Assembly: GCA_951406725.2 (NCBI GenBank)
Contig: OX597831.1
Span: forward strand, 37,820,001 to 37,884,000
Reading direction: 5' to 3'
From: Octopus vulgaris
Taxonomy: Eukaryota
Length of the DNA: 64,000 nt
Part shown: positions 55,115-64,000 of the stretch, one piece after another
Layout of the letters: each line of letters opens with the position of its first letter
Position numbering within the stretch: position 1 is the first letter of the stretch
Notes under the pieces: model-generated
What the model saw: the letters and a program-made list of their open reading frames with translations, nothing else
Told to the model about the DNA's origin: nothing
Databases searched by the model: none
Position numbers and translations under genes: made by a program

Positions 55115-55430
55115 ATTATAGGTTTTGTACAGTCTTTACTCAGTGACATTGACGCTTTAGGTTCAAATCATGCTAAATTTGCATTTTACTACCATTCTTT
55201 ACAGTTTCATAGAATATGTAACTTTGGTATATTGCAGGGTATTCACCTGATCGATATTGGCCATCACTTTTGGCAAAATGTTGACATGTACCACGACAAA
55301 TAAGATCAATATTGGAAAAAGGAAATCTGTTCAAAGTAATATTTTTACATTTTTTATACATTCTTTCATCGTTGTATATATTTTGTATATTTTTCTGCGC
55401 TTCTGTACACGAACACGTACATCCAAAGAA

Positions 55431-56720
<1,290 letters not shown>

Positions 56721-57829
56721 TGTACAGATTATTGTGTACGATGTTTGCGCGAATGTGAGGTTAACATGAAATTTTGGAACAATTACAGTGCTTGTTACAT
56801 AATCGTGCAGACTGAGAATTTATTGGGATTCTCTGCGGCCGGGGTTCAATATCCGCATTGGGCAAATTTTCTCTTCAATCCTTTCGAAACCGTTAACAGG
56901 TAACAATTTTAAACTGTTGATTAGCGGACATGTTAGAGCCCATATTACATGTTACTCTAACAAAAATGCTATTTAGACGCATCGAATATAAGACATTTTG
57001 AGCAACATCCTTGGAATTGCGAGAAAACAATTCTATGTCAGATGGATAAGTGATCGTCATCTGACCACAACGTCTGGAGCTTTAGCACAGGCGTAATGTT
57101 TGCTTTTGTGCATGCATGTGAGTATGTGCGCGTGTGTGTGTACATATGTATATGTATGAATGGATATGGATAGATGAATGGACAAATGAGTTCTACACAT
57201 TGTAGCGTCAAGAATATTGTGTGTATAAGGAGTATGTATGTACATATTTTTTGTGCATGTATATATGCACCGGCGGCATTTTACGTTACTGTAGTCTACT
57301 GAGCTGCGACGGCCTAGTCATCCGATCGGGGGATAATGTCGGTCTGCTCCCCTAGACAGTGAGGTGACATCATACAAAAGCTTAAGCAACACAAAGCGCA
57401 TTGTGACTAGCGAGCTACTACAACATCTAATAGTCTGGTTGATCCTATGATCACGTGATATATGCATGCATTTGTGCACAGGAGTGTGTGTATGTGCGTG
57501 TGTATGCATGTATGTCTATTTAGTTTTCCAGATGTTTCTCTTCAAAACCTCTATCACGTCACATTTCAGAGCCCCAATAAATAAGAATCTAAATAAACTA
57601 CGACATGCAAACTCATAAAACTAAAGCCAGCCTTGCAATTTAGAAAATAACCATGAAATTGCACAAGTGTAGCATTTTTTCTCAGAAGGGTGAGGTAGTC
57701 ACTATCCCCCAGGCCACTACATTTCTAGTAGAAAATCTATGTATCCCCAAAACATTAAATGCTTAGTCCATCTCGTTGGGATTTAAAGTGTATACGCATA
57801 ACTGTGTTTGTGTGCCTATATATAAGAGC

Positions 57830-58135
57830 AGGAGTGTCTGCGTGGTAAGAAGCTTGCTTGCCAATCACATGCATTCGGATTCATTCTCACTGCGTGGCAC
57901 CTTGGGCAAGCGTGTTCCACTACAGTTTCAGGCCGGCCAAAGCCTTGTGAGTGGAATTGTGGAATTGGTAGACGGAAAGTGAATGAAACTGATCGCATAT
58001 ATATTATATATGTATGTATACTTTTTTGTCTGTGTTTGTCCCTCCACCATCGCTGATATCGATTTGTTCGACTGAAGGTGGTACTCCAGCATGGCCGCAG
58101 TGAAGTAAGTGAAACGAATAAAAGAATGAAAGAAT
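57830..58135 (+). mobile_element. SINE family 1 with internal deletion
   Basis: Head ggagtgtctgcgtggtaagaagcttgc, ccttgggcaag, tail ccagcatggccgcagt. Confidence 0.85.
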
Positions 58136-58160
58136 ATATAGTTATGTTAACGTGTGTATA

Positions 58161-58235
<75 letters not shown>

Positions 58236-58309
58236 CTGTGCACATATATAGTTATATTAGTGTGTATACATAACTTTGTTAGTGCATATACATACATAAT
58301 TCTGTCTAA

Positions 58310-58803
58310 CATATTCAAAATGGTAGATATTGGTGGAGGAAATGAGAGTAAAATACGAAGATTCGGTGCTTCATTTCTCATCCATTTATTATTTACAAGA
58401 GGAAATCCGGAGAAATTAAAACTGTTGAATACTCGACACAGAATGACATTGACGGGCAGAATTTGGACGTAGATCACAATACTAATAACGTAATGTGTAC
58501 CCGTCATACATTTACATAGCAAGCGTATAAACGAATAACATTATATGCATATACATATATAGGTGTATCTATCATATTCAAACAGATAGATATTGGTGGA
58601 AGAATTCATAGAAAAGACCGAAGCCTCAGGACTTTGTTTCTCATCTATCTATAATTTACTTAATAAAATCCGATGAAATTAAAACTGGAGAACTGTAAAA
58701 ACAGAATGGCATTGACGGGCACAACCTGGACGTAGATCGTAAAACTAATAACGTAATGTATATCCGTCATACATTTACATACCAAGTGTATACACGAATA
58801 ACA
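58310..58803. repeat. Diverged tandem duplication, period ~263 bp
   Basis: 58310-58540 vs 58573-58803 (catattcaaa…tagatattggtgga…cattgacgggca…ggacgtagatc…ctaataacgtaatgt…cgaataaca). Confidence 0.9.
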
Positions 58804-59067
58804 GTATTTACATTGCAGCAGTCGTTGTAGACATTAAGTATACACACTGATACGTTATCGTTATAAAGTATATTACGTATTTAACAACGAAATAAATTGC
58901 AAGTTCATAGAACTGTAATAGCGAGCGATATAACTATATAGAAAATAATGGTATGCATTAAAGAGGTAATGAATTATTGATGAGATGTGTCTTTTCAGTG
59001 AATACATAATATTGTAGTAAGCGCGCTCTGTGAATACGTGATGCATACTTATACATACATACATACA

Positions 59068-59103
<36 letters not shown>

Positions 59104-61174
59104 TATATAAATGTACGTTATATGCTTTTCTGTGTGTGTACATTCATATGTATGTATGTATATATTTATGTATATGTGTGTGGGTATATACGTCAATATA
59201 TAAGTATATATCTACCTTTCATCTTACCGTAATCGTTAGAATAACATTTTGAAGGCAATATAGTAAATGTAATTGACGTTAGTTTTAATGAAAGTACACG
59301 TGTCCTTCTTACGATAGTTCAACGGCTCGCCTGAATGTGTATGTATATACATATATACATACATGCATACATACATACACACACATACATACATACATAC
59401 ATACATATATACATACATACATACATACATACATAACATAACATATGTACATACAGAGGAGTATTGGTGAAATGTCCCACTGAAAACCTTAATATAATGT
59501 AAGCACAACAGACCTAATAAAATGATTTGGGATTGATAAGAGAAACTGCGTACAATTGTGGAAATTAGCTACCAACATAATGTCGAAGATCAATGAGAAG
59601 GACAGTATCTACGTTGGACTATTGAGAAATCTGAAGTTACTCTATCCAGATTAAAAGTTCAGGTTTATTCTTGTAATTTATCGGGTCCCTGGGATATGTA
59701 AAGCACTCCTTAATACCAATCTTGAGAAATTAGGCTTCTTAAAACCAGAAAAGAAAAGCTGATTCGAAGACTGCAGATCCAATCCATCACTGGAGCTGTA
59801 AAATCGGTAAAACTTTCCAGAATTTTATCATTTATATATATATGAGCATGTCTAGATATGCAATTATATGCATGAGTATACATACATAAAACAAAACATA
59901 CAAATATCCACATACGCATACATATATATATGCATACATACATACATACAAAAATACTTTATTGTTGATGCTGAAATTCAAATGAGGGAGCTTTGGATCT
60001 AGGCTACAAACCAGCACTTTCTTTACTGGCAAGAAATCTTGAAATATAACTAAATAATGACATATATGCATACATACCAACATATATATACACATACCCT
60101 TATGCACGCTCATATGAACACATGTACTAAAAAGTAATATATGTAGATGCAAGACGTTTACTGCAGACTATGGAAATATACAAGTATAAAACAAACGTGA
60201 AAACCAGGGATAGTTGTTACTTCGTCGTCTTGGTACACGAAAATCAGCTGTAGTGGCGTCAGAAATCATCAGAAATAAATGGTTTTGTGGAGTGGATAAA
60301 TTTAGCGGAGGCGTTGGACAATATCTAATGACTTAGAAAACAAATATATTGGGTATTTACACTGAAAATACAACAATGCAAATTTACAAAAGTAATTGTT
60401 CTGACGTGTAACGTTCGGTAAATAAGTAATGCGAAAATTAAATGTTGAACACAAAAGTAAAGTAGATAAGGGAATTGATATATTCTCTGAATGACCTAAA
60501 GAAGGAACACAGTGAAGAGGCCAGAACGGAAGTAATACGCTGAGTACAGACAGTTTTAAATTCTAGAGGGAGGAAAATAAGAAGACCAGTGGGTAGAAGA
60601 ATTCCCTGCAATATGGCAATAATAATCTACATTAAGCTATGAAAACGACACGGTTAATGGAAATGTCGAAGCTGAGAATGTATACCAGCAGATGTAACAA
60701 ACTTTTAAACCGCACCCTTCATCAGATGCGAATTAATTGGTCTATCCACGTTCGATGCCTGAGGAGTGTATGTGTTATTTGTCAGCTTCAACGAAACTCA
60801 CGGATGACTGTCAAGTATTTATAAAATGGAGACCAGGCATAAAGGTCTTGTTTTAAACGTAATATGTATCTAAAATAAAAGCAGATACGAACTCGAAGAA
60901 CACTCGAGGAATAAGGAAGGGTAAAATTAGACGTCCAGTTGAAACAGAAACGCCTGAAACGAAGAGATGGGTCTGAATTCTGAACAAGGGGAAGTCGGAA
61001 AGAAAGTTGAGGAACTGAGACCGGAAGTGTCACATAACGATTAAACTTGATAAGTCTGCAGAAAATACATATTCACACACGCACTCGCAGATTTAGAGAA
61101 AGAGAAACAGCGGGATGGAGAGAGAGAAAGAGAGAGAGAGATGGAGATACAGTATGTGTTCAAGTGCATTGCCT

Positions 61175-61188
61175 GTCGCCATGGCAAC
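61175..61188. promoter_or_regulatory. RFX X-box motif match
   Basis: GTCGCCATGGCAAC fits GTNRCC-N2-RGYAAC. Second half-site GTTGCCAAGAAAT at 61224 and ETS core CCGGAAGT at 61021. Confidence 0.35.
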
Positions 61189-61304
61189 GTGAAAATAGTT
61201 GCATGAAGACGTTGGATATGTGCGTTGCCAAGAAATTAAAGAGATTACGCACAAACAACATATTAATATATGTATTTATATTTTTATCTGTATCTATCTA
61301 TCTA

Positions 61305-61339
<35 letters not shown>

Positions 61340-61356
61340 TAGATATATATTTTATT

Positions 61357-61560
61357 AATTTTGCCTGCACGGCTGCTATTCGCTGACACTTATGATAGTA
61401 TTTTAATAGTGCTATCACTCTCATAATTACTTTTACATGTATATACATATATACATGTGTGCGTATGTTTGTGTGTATATATAAAAGTAAATATGAGATT
61501 GATAGTACTATTAAAATACCATCACAAGTGGCAGCGAATACCAGCCGTGCAGGCAAAATT
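61357..61560. repeat. Inverted repeat, ~79-bp arms around a TA/TG spacer
   Basis: 61357-61435 is the reverse complement of 61482-61560 with a few mismatches. Confidence 0.92.
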
Positions 61561-61607
61561 TATATGATATATATATATATATATATATTTTTTTTTTTCA
61601 GATAGAT

Positions 61608-61674
<67 letters not shown>

Positions 61675-61839
61675 CATAACGTTTCTGCATAATCTCTTTC
61701 ATTTCATGGCAATGCATACACACATACACTCTCACTCAACGTGTGTGTGTGTGTGTCTGTAGTCTGCTAATACTTTTCATGTACCACGTCCTTGCGTTAT
61801 AATTTTCTTTTGTGTTAGTTCTTCGTTTTGGGGGGATTT

Positions 61840-61878
<39 letters not shown>

Positions 61879-62344
61879 GTGTGTAAATATATGTGGCTGT
61901 ATAAGTGTGTGTGTGTGAGTGTGCGTATATATATGTCTCTGTGTACGTGTGTCTATGTGTGTCAGTGTATATTATGGTATATTTTGGTTTGTAAAACATG
62001 GTATGAAGTTTAAATCTAATAAACTGTTCCTTTAAGTTGCATGGTATTTAGTTTATCTGCAAATATATTTCTGATAAGGGAATACTTGAAGGCTTTCATG
62101 AACTTCGATTATATCTAGTGTAATGTGTAAATCTTGTCTTTTTTATTTGATAGATAAATGTCAGATTGAAATTGTATTAGTTTTGTAGACCAGGTATGGA
62201 ATGTAATTGTTGATCAATTTTCAAGCGATGCTAACACTTTGGCTATGGAATGCATCTGGTCTTCAATGCCAACTGTTGAAAAGCAAACTCCATATTTCGC
62301 TATGTATTAGATAATATTTCCTATTTAGTCCTCATTTTGCTCTC

Positions 62345-62630
62345 TCTCTTTCTCTTTACTCTTTTACTTGTTTCAGTCATTTGACTGCGGCCATGCTGGA
62401 GCACCGCCTTTAATCGAGCAAATCGACCCCGGGACTTACTCTTTGTAAGCCTAGCACTTATTCTATCGGTCTCTTTTGCCGAACCGCTAAGTGACGGGGA
62501 CATAAACACACCAGCACCGGTTGTCGAGCGATGTTGGATGGGACAAACACAGACACACAACCATACACGCACACCCATATATATATATATGCATATATAC
62601 GCCGGGCTTCTTTCAGTTTCCGTCTACCAA
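62345..62630 (-). mobile_element. SINE family 1, 5'-truncated young copy
   Basis: Near-consensus tail and body plus the internal microsatellite. Confidence 0.9.
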
Positions 62631-62801
62631 ATATGCTAGTCATATTCTAAGCATATTTAGCCTCTATCTTTATATTTTGACATTTAAACTTACTTCCGTG
62701 AAGAAGCTTAATTTTCACAAACATTATTGGATATATTTACGAACAAACAAATTTCATTTTAGTTACCTTATGTGATCTTCATCTTTGAGATATTACACAA
62801 T

Positions 62802-63110
62802 GGAGGCACATGGACTAGTGTTTAGAGCAGCGGATTCACGGTCGAGGGATCGCGGGTTCGAATCTCAGACCGGGTGATGTGTGTGTTTATGAGCGAAACG
62901 CCTAAGCTCCACTCGGCTCTTGCTGAAGGTAATGGCGAAACTTCTGCTGGCTCTTTCACCACAACTTTCTCTCACTCTTTCCTCCTGCATCTTGCAGCCC
63001 ACCTGCAACGGACCGGCGTCCCGTCCAGGTGGGGAACCTATACGCCAAGAAAACGGGAAACCGGCCCTTATGAGCCAGGGCATGGCTCGAGAAGGAACAA
63101 ACAAAACAAC
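62802..63110 (+). mobile_element. SINE family 3, full-length (tRNA-derived head, V-domain-like 3' module)
   Basis: A-box tggactagtgtt, B-box gggttcgaatct; cctgcaacggaccggcgtcccgtccagg; (aac)n-like tail. Confidence 0.85.
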
Positions 63111-63689
63111 AGATATTAGACAACGAGACCTTTCGTCAATTGATTAATTTAATTATGGCAGATGGCTGTTATATAGGTTAGATACTGTACTATACATATT
63201 CAAAAACGACGGGATACACAATCTGTCCATTCACCATATTTCACTTACAAAGGTTTGGCACCTGCTTCGTAGATATATTAAATAAGAACATTCCAGAGAT
63301 GCTACTCAGCGAGATCGAACTCGTAGCTCCATGCATCAGAACCCATTATTTAACCCCCACAATCATCAGAGTACCAATGTATAATGAATATATTTTGTTG
63401 TTGAAAAATCTGTGTTTGTATTTTATACATTTTCACACTTTTAATTCCGATTTTGCACCATTCTTGACATATGACAAAACAGTCACTTTTCTAACACTTG
63501 CTTCTCCTAGAGAATTTACCCACGTTCACAATAAATCAGCTGTTTTGATTTGTATACAATTCTAATAAACCTATCCGAATTGAGAAGTTATGAATCATGA
63601 CAACCAGTTGTATGACATTAGTAGTAGCAGAGTTAAAATGCATTCTCTACGTGCTGTTCTGTGTGACAAACACTAGAATGCATTTAGAT

Positions 63690-63960
63690 TATTAAGATTA
63701 ACCTGATGGCTTTATGCCAAGTTTTATGAGATTTTCCGTCTTTTGGGAATATTAAGGCATATGGCAGCAATTGATATTCTCATAGAATTGCACTTCGGTA
63801 GTCTTGTGAAAGAGTTGTTTAGTATAGAGCAGCTTGTCAAATAGAAGTATTGTCTTCATTATGACAATTTCCATCCAATGTTTATAGAATAAGTGAACTA
63901 AAAGAACGACACATGTCGAAAACAGATTCAGAGTTCTTCTATACAATTTTTCTGTCAATG
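63690..63960 (-). pseudogene. Possible LINE RT N-terminal remnant
   Basis: Minus strand LIFPKDGK…HKAIRL resembles IPKxG…YRPIxL. Confidence 0.3.
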
Positions 63961-64000
63961 GATCAGTTGTGTGTGAACAACAAAGAAAAGAAATTCAAGC

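Overview
AT-rich, repeat-dense metazoan genomic DNA. The very dense (TA)n/(CA)n/(AGAT)n/(ATT)n tracts and the tRNA-derived SINE repertoire point to a coleoid cephalopod, most likely Octopus (inference). There is no intact protein-coding gene, and nearly all ORF-track entries are microsatellite or SINE read-through. Decayed coding relics are recognisable: Gypsy integrase (~1.25-1.9 kb), pogo/Tigger transposase (~5.3-7.15 kb), mariner transposase (30.8-31.5 kb) with three related MITEs, a Chapaev-3-like transposase (~32.9-33.4 kb) and probable LINE RT fragments. Also present are a non-autonomous Helitron, an unclassified TIR element with a 6-bp TSD, and at least three SINE families. Two candidate minus-strand exons with good splice sites (13224-13824, 10136-10240) suggest the window may be the intronic 5' part of a large gene. 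The most unusual signals are: (1) a ~330-bp fold-back element in two copies, flanked by 12-14 bp TSDs, with a variant minimal hammerhead-like motif in each arm; (2) many Penelope-type hammerhead relics next to (TA)n tracts; (3) a SINE that integrates as head-(body)n multimers inside a single TSD.
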